Shown here in pieces: positions 38,731 through 49,198 of a stretch of DNA of 64,000 bases. Where the stretch lies: NCBI RefSeq assembly GCF_905370305.1, contig NZ_CAJPJX010000001.1. One strand, given 5' to 3'. Position 1 is the first letter of the stretch. Each line of letters opens with the position of its first letter. Under the pieces are notes generated by a model. That model had not been told where the DNA came from. It saw only the letters and a list, made by a program, of their open reading frames with translations, and did no database searches. Position numbers and translations under genes: made by a program. Source of the stretch: Actinomyces sp. ICM47. GTDB lineage: Bacteria; Actinomycetota; Actinomycetes; Actinomycetales; Actinomycetaceae.

Positions 38731-40644
38731 TTACTCCACCGTCACGGACTTAGCAAGGTTGCGCGGCTGGTCGACGTCCAGCCCCTTGACGGTGGCGAGT
38801 TCGCAGGCGAAGATCTGCAGCGGTACGACGGTCAGGAGCGGCGCGTACAGGGTCGGCACGGGGGGCACGCGGAAGACGACCTCGGCGAACTCGTCGACGG
38901 AGGTGTCCCCTTCCTCTGCGACGACGATCGTGCGGGCACCGCGGGCGCGGACCTCAGCGATATTAGCCAGGACCTTGCCGTGCAGCTCGGGGCGGCGCGG
39001 GGTCGGCACGATGACGATGACCGGCTGCCCCTCGTCCACCAGAGCGATGGGGCCGTGCTTGAGCTCGCCAGCGGCGAAGCCCTCGGCGTGGATGTAGCAG
39101 ATTTCCTTGAGCTTGAGCGCGCCTTCGAGGGCGACGGGGAAGCCGACGTGACGCCCCAGGTAGATGACCGAGGTTGCGTCCTGCATGGTTCGGGCGAACT
39201 GGCGGACCGCCTCGCCGTTCTCGAGGACGCGGGCGATAGCCTCGGGGACGCGCGCGAGCTTCTCCATGTAGTCGGCGATCTCGTCGGCGTACTTGTTGCC
39301 GCGCACCTGCGCCAGGTACAGGCCCAGGATGTAGCAGGCGGCAACCTGCGCGGTGAAGGCCTTGGTGGAGGCGACAGCGATCTCGGGGCCGGCGTGGGTG
39401 AGGATCACGGCGTCGGACTCGCGCGAGATGGTCGAGCCGGGCGTATTCACGATGGCGACGACCTTCGCGCCCTGCTCGCGCGCGTGGCGGATCGCCTGGA
39501 TCGTGTCCATGGTTTCGCCACTCTGGGAGATGGCGACGACCAGGGTCTTCTCACCGACGACGGGGTCGCGGTAGCGGAACTCGCTGGAAAGCTCGACCTC
39601 GACGGGAATGCGGCACCAGTGCTCGATGGCGTAGCGGGCGACCTGGCCAGCATAGGAGGCGGTACCGCAGCCGATCATGATGACCTTGTCGACGGAGCGC
39701 AGGACGGACTCGGGGATGCGAACCTCGTCCAGGGCCAGGTGACCGAAGGAGTCGATGCGGTCGGCCAGGGTCGCACCCACAGCGTCGGGCTGCTCGTGGA
39801 TTTCCTTCTCCATGAAGGTCGGCCAGCCATTCTTGGTGGCGCGGTCGGAGAAGAAGTCAACCTCGTATTCCTTGGGAGCTACGGGCGTGCCGTCGGGGTC
39901 GATGACGGTCACGTCGGTCGCCGAGACGACGACGACCTGGTCCTGATCGATCTCAACGGCACGGTTCGTGTGCTCGACGAAGGCCAGCACATCCGACCCC
40001 AGGAAGTTCTCACCCTCACCCAAGCCGATAACCAGCGGGGAGGAACGGCGGGCCGCGACGATAACGTTTGGGGACTGGGTGGAGACAACCAGGAGAGTGA
40101 AGGTGCCGTGAAGCTGGGCGGTGACCGCGCGCATGGCGACGACCAGCCGGCGCGCGACCTCTTCGTCGGTCCCGGTCAGCCCGGCGACCGCTCCCGTGTA
40201 CGAGGCCGGGGTGGCCTGGTCGTAGGCGCGCGCCAGCAGGTGGACGACCACCTCGGTGTCCGTCTCGGAGGCGAAGGTCTCGCCATCGGCGATAAGGGCA
40301 GCGCGCAGGGTGTCCGCGTTTTCGATGATGCCGTTGTGCACGAGCGAGAAACGCCCATCGGGACTCGTGTGGGGGTGAGCGTTCGCCAACGTGGGGCGTC
40401 CGTGGGTCGCCCAGCGGGTGTGCCCGATACCGGCGAAAGCGTCGGCGGGACTATCCGCGTCGATTTCTTCCACGAGGTTCACGAGCTTACCGACCGCACG
40501 GCGCACGTAGAGGCCATCCGCGCCGGTCAGGGCGATACCCGCCGAGTCGTAGCCGCGGTACTCCAGGCGCGCCAGACCGCCGAGGATCACCTCGCGGCTG
40601 CGCTGGGAAGCCTTACATCCAATATGTCCAACAATTCCGCACAT
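38731..40644 (-). CDS. glmS: Glutamine--fructose-6-phosphate aminotransferase (isomerizing)
   Basis: [13 protein letters not shown] has the N-terminal nucleophile Cys2. Two SIS domains are present. It ends ...[17 protein letters not shown]. The 88-codon upstream extension in the track ORF is rejected. Confidence 0.95.
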   Translation of the reverse strand: MCGIVGHIGCKASQRSREVILGGLARLEYRGYDSAGIALTGADGLYVRRAVGKLVNLVEEIDADSPADAFAGIGHTRWATHGRPTLANAHPHTSPDGRFSLVHNGIIENADTLRAALIADGETFASETDTEVVVHLLARAYDQATPASYTGAVAGLTGTDEEVARRLVVAMRAVTAQLHGTFTLLVVSTQSPNVIVAARRSSPLVIGLGEGENFLGSDVLAFVEHTNRAVEIDQDQVVVVSATDVTVIDPDGTPVAPKEYEVDFFSDRATKNGWPTFMEKEIHEQPDAVGATLADRIDSFGHLALDEVRIPESVLRSVDKVIMIGCGTASYAGQVARYAIEHWCRIPVEVELSSEFRYRDPVVGEKTLVVAISQSGETMDTIQAIRHAREQGAKVVAIVNTPGSTISRESDAVILTHAGPEIAVASTKAFTAQVAACYILGLYLAQVRGNKYADEIADYMEKLARVPEAIARVLENGEAVRQFARTMQDATSVIYLGRHVGFPVALEGALKLKEICYIHAEGFAAGELKHGPIALVDEGQPVIVIVPTPRRPELHGKVLANIAEVRARGARTIVVAEEGDTSVDEFAEVVFRVPPVPTLYAPLLTVVPLQIFACELATVKGLDVDQPRNLAKSVTVE

Positions 40645-40762
40645 GCCACTAATTCCAACACATCGACCCCGTCCGAGCACGCTGAACGTGTGTCGTTTCA
40701 CGTGGCGTACGTCAGGTGAACACGGGGCGCGCACAGACACCCATGTGAGGGAGAATGAGCCC

Positions 40763-41773
40763 GTGAGCACCACTGACGCTTCCTCGCCCACCCCATCCAC
40801 GGCCTCGTCGGGAAAGACCCCGAACGTGGGATGGCGGGCCAACCCCAGCCCCTATGCGCGCTTCGACCGCCACGAGTGGGATGCCCTGACCGACCGCACT
40901 CCCCTGCCGCTCACGCAGGAGGACATCGACCAGATCGCGTCGCTGGGCGACCCCATCGACATGACCGAGGTCGACACGATTTACCGGCCCCTGTCGGCCC
41001 TCCTCCAGCTCTACATCGACGGGCGCAGGCGCATCTCCGCGGAGCGCCACGCATTCCTGGGCGAACCCGACGCCCATTCGACCCCCTTCGTCATCGGCAT
41101 CGCCGGGTCAGTCGCCGTCGGCAAATCCACCGTCGCCCGACTCCTCCAGCTACTCCTCTCACGCTGGGACTCCACGCCCCGCGTAGACCTGGTGACCACG
41201 GACGGATTTCTCTACCCGAACCGCATCCTACAGGAGCGCTCCCTCATCGCCCGCAAGGGATTCCCCGAATCCTACGACCGCACGGCCCTCATCTCTTTCC
41301 TCGCAGCCGTCAAAGCCGGTAACCCCCACGCGAAGGCTCCCGTCTACTCCCACGTCACCTACGACATCGTTCCGGACACCTATATCGACGTGGACCGCCC
41401 GGACATCCTCATCGTCGAAGGCCTCAACGTCCTCCAGCCCCCGCGCTTTGCGCCCGGCTCCATTTCCGTCGCAGTCTCCGACTACTTCGACTTCTCCATC
41501 TACGTCGACGCCAACGAAAAACATATCGAACAGTGGTACGTCGAGCGTTTCCTCAAGCTGCGAGCGACAGCGTTCACCCGGGAAGACTCCTTCTTCAAAA
41601 CCTACGCGTCTTTGACCGACACCGAGGCCGTCTCCACCGCGCACATGGTGTGGAGCGCGATCAACCTGCCGAACCTGCGCGAAAACATCCAGCCCACCCG
41701 CGAGCGCGCCACCCTCATCTTCACCAAGGGTGCCGATCACCGCGTCGAGTCCCTGGCGATCCGTAAGGACTGA
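40763..41773 (+). CDS. coaA: Type I pantothenate kinase
   Basis: GTG start giving VSTTDASS. The P-loop is [12 protein letters not shown], and [17 protein letters not shown] and LNVLQ follow. Confidence 0.85.
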   Translation: MSTTDASSPTPSTASSGKTPNVGWRANPSPYARFDRHEWDALTDRTPLPLTQEDIDQIASLGDPIDMTEVDTIYRPLSALLQLYIDGRRRISAERHAFLGEPDAHSTPFVIGIAGSVAVGKSTVARLLQLLLSRWDSTPRVDLVTTDGFLYPNRILQERSLIARKGFPESYDRTALISFLAAVKAGNPHAKAPVYSHVTYDIVPDTYIDVDRPDILIVEGLNVLQPPRFAPGSISVAVSDYFDFSIYVDANEKHIEQWYVERFLKLRATAFTREDSFFKTYASLTDTEAVSTAHMVWSAINLPNLRENIQPTRERATLIFTKGADHRVESLAIRKD

Positions 41774-41844
41774 CCCTCCCCCACGCGAACGAGGCCGCAG
41801 CCGGAATACCCGGCCACGGCCTCGTCACTTGTGTGGGGAATCGG

Positions 41845-44800
41845 TTAGCCGATCCACGCGCCCGAGGGCGCGAAGTGGTACCAGGTCCATCCGATCAGCT
41901 CCCAGCCTGTGGCCATGGAGCCGTTGCCTCGCAGGTAGAACCATGTGGGTCCTTCCTGATACCAGCCAGTCGTCATCGCGCCGCTGGTGCCGAAGTGGTA
42001 CCAGGAGCCGCCAATCTGCATCCATCCGGTCGCGAGCGTTCCAGAGGGACTCAGGTAGTACCAAGTGCCGCCGTCCTTCACCCAGCCGGTGCGCATCGCA
42101 CCGGAGGAGGACATGTAGAACCAGGATCCACCGATCTGCGTCCACTCGGTCGTCATCGCTCCCGTCACGGGGTCGAAGTAGTACCAGGAGCCGCGCTCCT
42201 TCACCCAGCCGACCTGCTGGGCACCGGAAGCGCCGTGATAGTACCAGTGTCCGGCGTCGAAGACCCACCCCATCTTCAGGTAGCCGCTCGCGTCGAAGCG
42301 GTACGTGAGGCCATCGATGACCAGGGTCTCGTTCGCGGCGTAGGTGCCGTCAGAGTAGGCGTACCACCAGCCGAAGTAGCCGGACTTCCACTGGCCTGTG
42401 CGAGGCTGGGGCGCGGGATCCGGGGTCGGCTGGGGCGCCGGGGTGGAATCCACGGAGGGCTCCGGGGTGGGGGTCGGGTCGACCGTGGGATCCAGCGTCG
42501 GTTCCGGGGTCGGGTTCTCGGGGGTCACCCAGTACAGAAAGCGCGAGTCGCCGCCGCCGACGGCCGTCAGCACGACCTGCGAGGTCTCACCGTCGCCGAG
42601 CTCGACTTCTTGGGTGGTCTTGTCCGCGGGGTTGACGAGCATCAGGTGCGCATGTGCGCTCGGCTTCTTGACGGTCAGCGTGATGTCCTGAGCGGTCTCG
42701 GCCAGCGAGCCGTTGTCGGTGCGCGGGTCGAGGAGGTAGGACGGGTAGCGGGTCTGGCCGGTCAGGGCGTTGACGACCATGAAGCCCGTGGGGGCCGTCG
42801 CCGAATCGCCGAAGATCTCGGCGGACTTGGCCCTCTCCAAGCCCTTCAGCTGCTCGAAGTAGCCGACAACAACGTCGCCGGGCAGGCCATCGTTGACGGA
42901 GCCGACGTTGGCCACCGACATGTCAACCAGGCCAACGGCGGCGTTGGCGGCCACGGCCTCGTCACCGGAGGCGAAGTTACCGTAGGTGTAGCCGCTCAGC
43001 GTCGGGTTCTCAGCGCGGGCCGCGTACTGGCCGGGCTTGTAGGCGACGAACGTGGAGTTCATGGCCTTCGTGTAGTTACCGATGTAGGAGACGTTGCCAA
43101 AGATGGTGGAGAACTCGTAGAACGAGCGCGTCGGCGCACCGTCATGGTCGATGATCGAGGAGCGGTCGTAGCCGTTGTACTCCATGCGGAACAGGCCGAA
43201 CCACTTCTGGCCGGTCGCCAGGCCCAGGGAGGGAACGATCGACTTCTCGGAGGCCGACACGTTCGCATCCCAGTTGTAGTCCAGGTACTGGCCGTACAGG
43301 ATCGGGCTGGAGCCGTCACCCGTGAGTCCCTTGAGGCCGTATTCGCGCTGTTTCTTCCACGTGTTGGTGTTGAGCAGGTCCATGACGACGTTGCTCGGGG
43401 CCGGGCCGCCGTTGGCTCCCCAGTAGTACTTGTCCCAGCTGAGCAGGTCAGGCTTGGCATTTTCGACGTAGTAGCTCAAGTTGGCGTCGCGGTACCAGGA
43501 GGGGTCGTCCCAGGAGTTGGCGTGGACGACGGCACCGGGGATGTTCTGCTTGGACCAAGCGAACCAGTTCTTGAAGCACTCGGATTCACCGCGGTTGAAT
43601 CCGCCCTCGTCGCCATACTGAATGTCGACGAGCGTGGAGGCATACGGCAACATGTACGCGTTCATGAAGTCGTGTGGATCGCCCGCATTGCACATGCTGT
43701 TCTTGCCGGTGGGGGCCTTGGCGAGGGCCCACGGCGCGCCCTTGCCGAGGGACTCCATCATCGGGGTGTTGAACATGGGCAAGTCGTAGAACATGGGGAA
43801 CGCGCCACCCGTGAGGTCGCGCTCTGCCGCGTCGAAGCCACCGCGACCGTAGCCCTCGGAGGGAACCCACGCGGGCATCATGACGCCGTACTGTAGTGCG
43901 AGGGCCTGGGCGCGGTTGACACCCCACGTGCTCTCCCCGGGATTGAAGCCGGAGTATCGCTCGTACATGGAGTTGTCGACTTCAGGGGCGACGGGGGTCT
44001 GACCGGCAGGCAGACCCCACACCTCAACGTCGTTGAAGGTCACGGCGGTCGCGATATTCTGCGGTGTCTGGGGTTCGGTCTCGTCGTTCATCCAGATGCG
44101 GATGTTTGTGGCGAGGTGGTAGGTGTTGAAGTCCCAGTACCACAGGCCGCGCGCGTCGCGGGTGAGGGAGCCGTGGGTGACGATGGTCGTCCACGGGCCG
44201 CCGTCGGTCTCCTGGACAGCGATGGCCACGGAGTTACCGCCGTGCCATCCTTGCGCACCGGCGGGGAGGGTCGGGGTGCCCCATCCGTTGACGCGGTGCA
44301 CGTAGCGGGCCTCGCCCAGGTGCAGCTCGATGCCGGTGACGTTGCTCGACCACTCGCTGGCACGAACGAGTGGATCGGAGGTCCACGTCGTTGTGGGGTC
44401 GAGGTCGGTCAGGGCTGCGTTGTCGGCCTCGGTGCCGCCGTTCGCCGAGGCCGTGGCGGGGATCATCACGTTGCCGCGGAAGTCGGTGTCCACCTTGGTG
44501 ATGTTGACGACGTAGGTGGCTTCCTTGCCGTCCTTGGTCACGTGGGCGGTGATGACGTTCAGGCCGGTGGCGAGGTCGAGGTTGGCCACGCGTCCGTCGG
44601 CGTCGGGGGTCACGCCGTTGATGGTGACGGCGGCGCCCTCGACCGCGCGGAGGCGCGCAGAGACGGTCGTGGCATGGTAGTAGCCGGTGGCCGTGTAGGT
44701 GTGGGTGCTGGGGGCGAAGTCCACGGGCTTGCCGGGTTCGCCGTAGGGCAGCTGGTCGATGACGAAGTCAACGACGAGGTCGGACGCGCCCGATCCCTGC

Positions 44801-45531
44801 TCGGAAGCCTCCGGGTGAGGAACGACGGGGCGGACCGCGTCGTTGTTGCCGCCGCCTTCGTCACCGCCGTAGGAGGTGATCGCGTTACCGTCGGCGTCGC
44901 AGGGCAGGAGCTTGATGTCGGACAGGGCCATATCCGACTTACCCGGGGCGAGAGAGCGCAGGCCTGCCAGAGCGATGACGCGCTTCGTCGTCGCGGGGAA
45001 GGTCACGTACTGTTCCTTGTTCCCGTACTGTAGGTCGGAACCGTGGGCGAGTTCGGTGCCGCCGTCCCACGTGCCCGCGGCGACCTTCATCTTCCAGTCG
45101 TCGAAGGAGGCTTCGGCGGCGGGGTTGCCGGGGTCTTCGTCGAAGGCGAACACCCGGTATTCGCCGGGGAATTGGTCGTTTCCGAGCGTCGAATCGTAGG
45201 TGGGGCGCGGGGTCAGGCCGAGGCCGCAGACCTGGGTGCCAGGCGTGGGGTTCTGGACGGCGAGGGCGTGGGGGTAGGGGTCGAGGCCTCCCTTCCACTT
45301 GGTGGTCCAGAAGGTCTTGGTCGCGTTGGTGCGAGCGGTGTCGTCGTCGACGAGCGCTGCGATGGTGCCATTCGGGGCACCTTCGCCAACTGTCTCTTCG
45401 GAGGTCGCCCACAGAACGGTCGGGTGGTAGGGGGTGTCGGAGGCTGCGATGGTCGCTGCGGGGGTGAGGCCGAGCATGGTAGCCGCGAGAATCGGCGCTC
45501 CGAGCGCACCGATGATGGGTCGAGTCCCCAT
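41845..45531 (-). CDS. Giant (1228 aa) secreted glycoside-hydrolase-like surface protein with a Pro/Thr-rich linker and C-terminal cell-wall-binding (choline-binding-like) repeats
   Basis: Signal peptide MGTRPIIGALGAPILAATMLGLTPAATIAAS. A large central globular region has carbohydrate-active-like Trp/Tyr/Asp-rich segments. The linker is PTPEPTLDPTVDPTPTPEPSVDSTPAPQPTPDPAPQP. Six or more tandem roughly 20-aa repeats follow, of the form GW..(E/D)GG(S/T)W(Y/F)Y(F/L)..SGAM.TGW. The catalytic family could not be assigned. Confidence 0.55.
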   Translation of the reverse strand: MGTRPIIGALGAPILAATMLGLTPAATIAASDTPYHPTVLWATSEETVGEGAPNGTIAALVDDDTARTNATKTFWTTKWKGGLDPYPHALAVQNPTPGTQVCGLGLTPRPTYDSTLGNDQFPGEYRVFAFDEDPGNPAAEASFDDWKMKVAAGTWDGGTELAHGSDLQYGNKEQYVTFPATTKRVIALAGLRSLAPGKSDMALSDIKLLPCDADGNAITSYGGDEGGGNNDAVRPVVPHPEASEQGSGASDLVVDFVIDQLPYGEPGKPVDFAPSTHTYTATGYYHATTVSARLRAVEGAAVTINGVTPDADGRVANLDLATGLNVITAHVTKDGKEATYVVNITKVDTDFRGNVMIPATASANGGTEADNAALTDLDPTTTWTSDPLVRASEWSSNVTGIELHLGEARYVHRVNGWGTPTLPAGAQGWHGGNSVAIAVQETDGGPWTTIVTHGSLTRDARGLWYWDFNTYHLATNIRIWMNDETEPQTPQNIATAVTFNDVEVWGLPAGQTPVAPEVDNSMYERYSGFNPGESTWGVNRAQALALQYGVMMPAWVPSEGYGRGGFDAAERDLTGGAFPMFYDLPMFNTPMMESLGKGAPWALAKAPTGKNSMCNAGDPHDFMNAYMLPYASTLVDIQYGDEGGFNRGESECFKNWFAWSKQNIPGAVVHANSWDDPSWYRDANLSYYVENAKPDLLSWDKYYWGANGGPAPSNVVMDLLNTNTWKKQREYGLKGLTGDGSSPILYGQYLDYNWDANVSASEKSIVPSLGLATGQKWFGLFRMEYNGYDRSSIIDHDGAPTRSFYEFSTIFGNVSYIGNYTKAMNSTFVAYKPGQYAARAENPTLSGYTYGNFASGDEAVAANAAVGLVDMSVANVGSVNDGLPGDVVVGYFEQLKGLERAKSAEIFGDSATAPTGFMVVNALTGQTRYPSYLLDPRTDNGSLAETAQDITLTVKKPSAHAHLMLVNPADKTTQEVELGDGETSQVVLTAVGGGDSRFLYWVTPENPTPEPTLDPTVDPTPTPEPSVDSTPAPQPTPDPAPQPRTGQWKSGYFGWWYAYSDGTYAANETLVIDGLTYRFDASGYLKMGWVFDAGHWYYHGASGAQQVGWVKERGSWYYFDPVTGAMTTEWTQIGGSWFYMSSSGAMRTGWVKDGGTWYYLSPSGTLATGWMQIGGSWYHFGTSGAMTTGWYQEGPTWFYLRGNGSMATGWELIGWTWYHFAPSGAWIG

Positions 45532-45654
45532 GAGTGTAACTCCTTCGTCAGTATGGGGTTAATGGCCGGGAACCTTCGTTTGTCGAAAGGGATCCCACAA
45601 TACCTATCACGTATTAGCTTTTTGTGACAGAACCTCCTTTTTGGGTAGAAAATA

Positions 45655-45684
45655 CCCTCGCGGGTGCTGACGCACCCGCGAGGG
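45655..45684 (-). terminator. Intrinsic terminator after the sugar ABC transporter operon
   Basis: CCCTCGCGGGTG-ctgac-GCACCCGCGAGGG, followed on the minus strand by TATTTTCT. Confidence 0.7.
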
Positions 45685-45690
45685 GCGAGA

Positions 45691-46623
45691 TTAGAACTTC
45701 AAACCACCGTCTTCGATGCCGCGGAAGAAGAACTTCTGACTGAAGGCGAAGACTAGGACCACGGGGATCATAGCGACGACTGCTCCGGCCAGAACCAACT
45801 GGTAAGTGACGCCCTGGGGCGAGTTCTGGATCGCCGTCAGCGTCAGCATCAGCGTCTGCTTCTCCGGATTCGGCAGCATGAGCAACGGGAAGATGAAGTC
45901 GGACCATGCCCCGATGAAGGAGGTCAGGCCCACGACCGTCAGCGTACCGCGCACCTGGGGCAGGAAGATGGACCAGAAGCGACGCAACTCGCCCGCCCCA
46001 TCAATCAGGGCGGCATCTTCAATCTCGTCGGGAATGCCCATGAATGCGGCACGCATCATGAGGATCTGGAAGGGACCGATCATCACAACCATCCACACGC
46101 CGGGCAGCGTGTTGTACAGGTCGAGCTGCACCATCATCTTGAACAGCGAGAGCATGATCGATTCGAAGGGGAAGATCATGGCGGACAGGACCACGAAGTA
46201 CATGACGGTGCGCCCGGTCCATCCACGCCTCGACAGCATGTAGCCGCCGACACAGGACAAAACGACGTTCGAGGTCACAGTCAGAGCCGCGATGATCGCC
46301 GAGTTCTTAATCGCCCCCAGGATATTAGTGCGCTCGAAAAGGACGTAGAAGGAGTCCAGCGACCACTGCTGCGGCAGCATCGTCGCACCCTGACCGAAGA
46401 CGGACTCACCGGGGGCCTTAAAGGCAGCCATCAGGGGGAGGACGAGGGGGCCAACAAGGACGATTGCGACGACGACCAGGAGGACGTAGCGGGCGACCAG
46501 CGCTCCGCCGCGCATCTGGCGCGAGGCGACGGTGCGCCCCTGACGTTCAAGGCGACGCTCCTTGCGCCACTGGGCCAAGCGCTCGCCGAAGGAGGTGGTG
46601 TCGGTGCGGGATGCGGTGCTCAT
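45691..46623 (-). CDS. Carbohydrate ABC transporter permease (MalG/CUT1 type)
   Basis: 6 TM. The EAA loop reads ...IPDEIEDAALIDGAG. It overlaps the upstream permease by 4 nt. Confidence 0.85.
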   Translation of the reverse strand: MSTASRTDTTSFGERLAQWRKERRLERQGRTVASRQMRGGALVARYVLLVVVAIVLVGPLVLPLMAAFKAPGESVFGQGATMLPQQWSLDSFYVLFERTNILGAIKNSAIIAALTVTSNVVLSCVGGYMLSRRGWTGRTVMYFVVLSAMIFPFESIMLSLFKMMVQLDLYNTLPGVWMVVMIGPFQILMMRAAFMGIPDEIEDAALIDGAGELRRFWSIFLPQVRGTLTVVGLTSFIGAWSDFIFPLLMLPNPEKQTLMLTLTAIQNSPQGVTYQLVLAGAVVAMIPVVLVFAFSQKFFFRGIEDGGLKF

Positions 46624-47546
46624 GAGTCTTCAGCCTTCCTCTGCAAGCTCTGGGAGGCGATGATGAAACCGAAGGTGATGAGGAAAAGACACACCGACGC
46701 GGCGTCACCTTGCCCCAGAGATCCGAAGGTGGGGTCGACGATGCGGTCTCGGATATACATCGTCAGGGTCTTTGTCGGAGAGGCGGAGCCACCCAGCAGG
46801 TACACCTCGGTAAAGATCTTCAGACAACCGATTGTCGTCAGTGTGGCGACCAGGAACATCATGACCTTGACGCCCGGGACAGTGACGGTCACAAAACGGC
46901 GGATCGGGCCAGCACCGTCGATTTCGGCGGCCTCATACAGGGACTTGTCCACGTTCGCCAGGGCCGACAAATACAGGATCATGTAGTAGGGCAGGCCCTG
47001 CCACAGGGTGATGATCATGGCACAAAACAGGATGAGCCATTGATTCGACAGGAACGGGATCGTGTCGAATCCCCACGAGGACAGCAGGTTATTGATCGGG
47101 CCGCGCTGGTCCAGGAGGTAGCGCCAGGCCAGGGAGATGACGACCAGCGAGGAGATCGCGGGCAGGTAGTACAGTGCGCGGAAGAAGCCGATGCCGGGGA
47201 CATGCGACTTCACCAGGAGGGCCAGTAGCAGGGGCAGGAGCACCATGAGCGGCACGACGCACAACGCGTAGATGAGGGAGTTCCTCAGGGCTTCCCAGAA
47301 CTCTGCGTCCCCCAGGACGGCCGCGTAGTTGTCGATTCCAACGAAGCGGCCGATTCGCCCCATCGGTTTTGTCTTCGTGAACGACACGTAGACGGTCGTT
47401 ATAAAGGGATAGATGTAGAACGAGATGATGGCGAGGACCGGCAGGGTGACCCACAGCCAGGGAACCCAGGCGAGGCGGAATCGGGCGGCGCCATTGAGGG
47501 AGCGCGACTGCGCGCTCGTACGTATCGGCATACCAGTGTCCTTCAT
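46620..47546 (-). CDS. Carbohydrate ABC transporter permease (MalF/CUT1 type)
   Basis: The EAA motif is YEAAEIDGAGPIRRF. The start is ambiguous between the ATGs at 47546 and 47531. Confidence 0.8.
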   Translation of the reverse strand: MKDTGMPIRTSAQSRSLNGAARFRLAWVPWLWVTLPVLAIISFYIYPFITTVYVSFTKTKPMGRIGRFVGIDNYAAVLGDAEFWEALRNSLIYALCVVPLMVLLPLLLALLVKSHVPGIGFFRALYYLPAISSLVVISLAWRYLLDQRGPINNLLSSWGFDTIPFLSNQWLILFCAMIITLWQGLPYYMILYLSALANVDKSLYEAAEIDGAGPIRRFVTVTVPGVKVMMFLVATLTTIGCLKIFTEVYLLGGSASPTKTLTMYIRDRIVDPTFGSLGQGDAASVCLFLITFGFIIASQSLQRKAEDS

Positions 47547-47636
47547 GAGGGGCGCGCGACCGTGAGCCTGCGGCGTTGCGCGAGATGAGGGGTGCGTCGG
47601 GGGGTCGAGGCCTGGCCTCGTCCCCCGTGCGTCCAA

Positions 47637-49034
47637 TCAGTCTCCGAGAGCCTTCAGCTTCTCATTCATCTGATCCTGTGCGGTCTTGAGGGCGGTCTTG
47701 GGATCAACCTCGCCGCGGATAGCCTTGTTGACGTTCTCGATGAGGGCGTCCTTCACGGCACCGGTCGCGTAGAAGACGTCGGTGTAGGCCTCGGCATCCT
47801 TGGCAGCCTTTGCGGCTTCCTCATAGGCGGCCTTGAAGACCGGATCGTCAGCAATCTGCGGCGGGTTGGCAACGAGCTTGTCCAGAGCGTCGGTGGCCGC
47901 GGGGAAGATGATCGCGCCGCCGTCGTGAGTCCAGGCGTATTCGTTCTCAGCGTTGGTGATCCACTCGGCGAACTTCATGGCCAGCGGGGCGTTCTTGGTC
48001 GTGACCGAGACGCCGATGTACTGGCCCTCGAAGACGGGCTTAATGCCGGGGTTCGTCGGGAAGGGGCCAACGCCGGTGTTCTCATACACGGTCGCGTTGT
48101 TGCTCTTGGCCGACTTCAGGAACGAGGCGTTGGGCGTACCGAAGGCAAGGTTGCCGTCGGTGTAGGCCTTGCCAGGGTCGGGTTCGCCGGTCAGGGAGTC
48201 CTTCGGGATGGCACCGGAGGCGTAGAGTTCAGATAGCTTGGTGACGTACTTGATCGCGTTCTCGTTGTCGGCGAAGTTGAAGGCGGTCTTATCCTCGTTG
48301 AGGAGGGTGACGCCCATGCCGTGCAGCTGAGCGACCATGTACCACTCGGGCGATCCGTAGATACCGTAGTCACCCTGCCCGTCGGCACCCACTTTGGCCG
48401 CCGCGTCGAAGAGTTCGTCCATCGTTGCGGGCGGCTTATTCTCGTCGAGGCCAGCGCGCTTAAAGACTTCCTTGTTGTAGGTGGTGATGTAGGGGCCGAA
48501 GTACCAGGGCAGCGCCGTGTGGTGTCCGCCCGCGCCCAGGGCGGTGGAATCCCAAATGGAGGGCACAAACTTGTCGCCGATGCCGGGGGCCTTCACGTCG
48601 TAGTCCATGAGGAGGTTGGACTTGGACAGGGCGAGGATCGTGGAGGAGGGAACGTTGACGACGTCCGCCATCTTGCAGTTCGAGGCCTGGGCCGTGATGG
48701 TCTGGTCGAACTCGGCACCGCCACCCTGGTCGGTCCAGTTGATTGTGACGCCGGGGTTGGCGTCCTCGAATTCCTTGATTTTGGCCTTGAAGAAGTCGCC
48801 GAAGTCATTCTGCAGACCCTGGGTCTGGAAGGTGATTTCACCTTCCACCTTCGACGTGTCGATTGCTGAGTCGTCGAGGTTACCGGCAGGAACATCGCAG
48901 GCAACGTCGGGCGTCGGAATGGAGCCGGAGGCGGATCCACCGCCACCGGAGCCACCACTGCCGCAGGCAGCCAGGCCGAGAGTGCTGAACATGGCAAGGG
49001 CAACGATGCCGGCGGCCATCTTCTTCTTCAACAT
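47637..49034 (-). CDS. Extracellular solute-binding lipoprotein (family 1) of the CUT1 sugar ABC transporter
   Basis: MLKKKMAAGIVALAMFSTLGLAACGSGGSGGG is a lipobox. The protein is about 465 aa, the size of MalE-type binding proteins. Confidence 0.85.
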   Translation of the reverse strand: MLKKKMAAGIVALAMFSTLGLAACGSGGSGGGGSASGSIPTPDVACDVPAGNLDDSAIDTSKVEGEITFQTQGLQNDFGDFFKAKIKEFEDANPGVTINWTDQGGGAEFDQTITAQASNCKMADVVNVPSSTILALSKSNLLMDYDVKAPGIGDKFVPSIWDSTALGAGGHHTALPWYFGPYITTYNKEVFKRAGLDENKPPATMDELFDAAAKVGADGQGDYGIYGSPEWYMVAQLHGMGVTLLNEDKTAFNFADNENAIKYVTKLSELYASGAIPKDSLTGEPDPGKAYTDGNLAFGTPNASFLKSAKSNNATVYENTGVGPFPTNPGIKPVFEGQYIGVSVTTKNAPLAMKFAEWITNAENEYAWTHDGGAIIFPAATDALDKLVANPPQIADDPVFKAAYEEAAKAAKDAEAYTDVFYATGAVKDALIENVNKAIRGEVDPKTALKTAQDQMNEKLKALGD

Positions 49035-49085
49035 GCGAAACCTCCATTGGTCCGTTTTTGTTGGTCGATCGATGGGATCGAGTCA

Positions 49086-49103
49086 CTAACTATCTCGTGT
49101 TAG
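49086..49103. promoter_or_regulatory. Candidate LacI-family operator (CTAAC-N8-GTTAG inverted repeat) upstream of the binding-protein gene
   Basis: Read directly. A related CTAACacGTTA element lies at 52081..52091 in the lacZ/lacI divergent region. Confidence 0.3.
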
Positions 49104-49198
49104 TTGATGTATGAATCATAGCGACTTCGTGTGTGCTACGCATCATTTGGCAGATCCCTGTTGCATCGTTATCAAGACGTAACATACGCGACAAAGGT

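Noticed and set aside
40645-40762. Possible glmS ribozyme in the glmS 5' leader
   Set aside because: Only 118 nt separate glmS from the divergent coaA start, too short for the roughly 170-nt ribozyme. None of the conserved ribozyme core sequences are evident. Only CACGTG-type palindromes are present.
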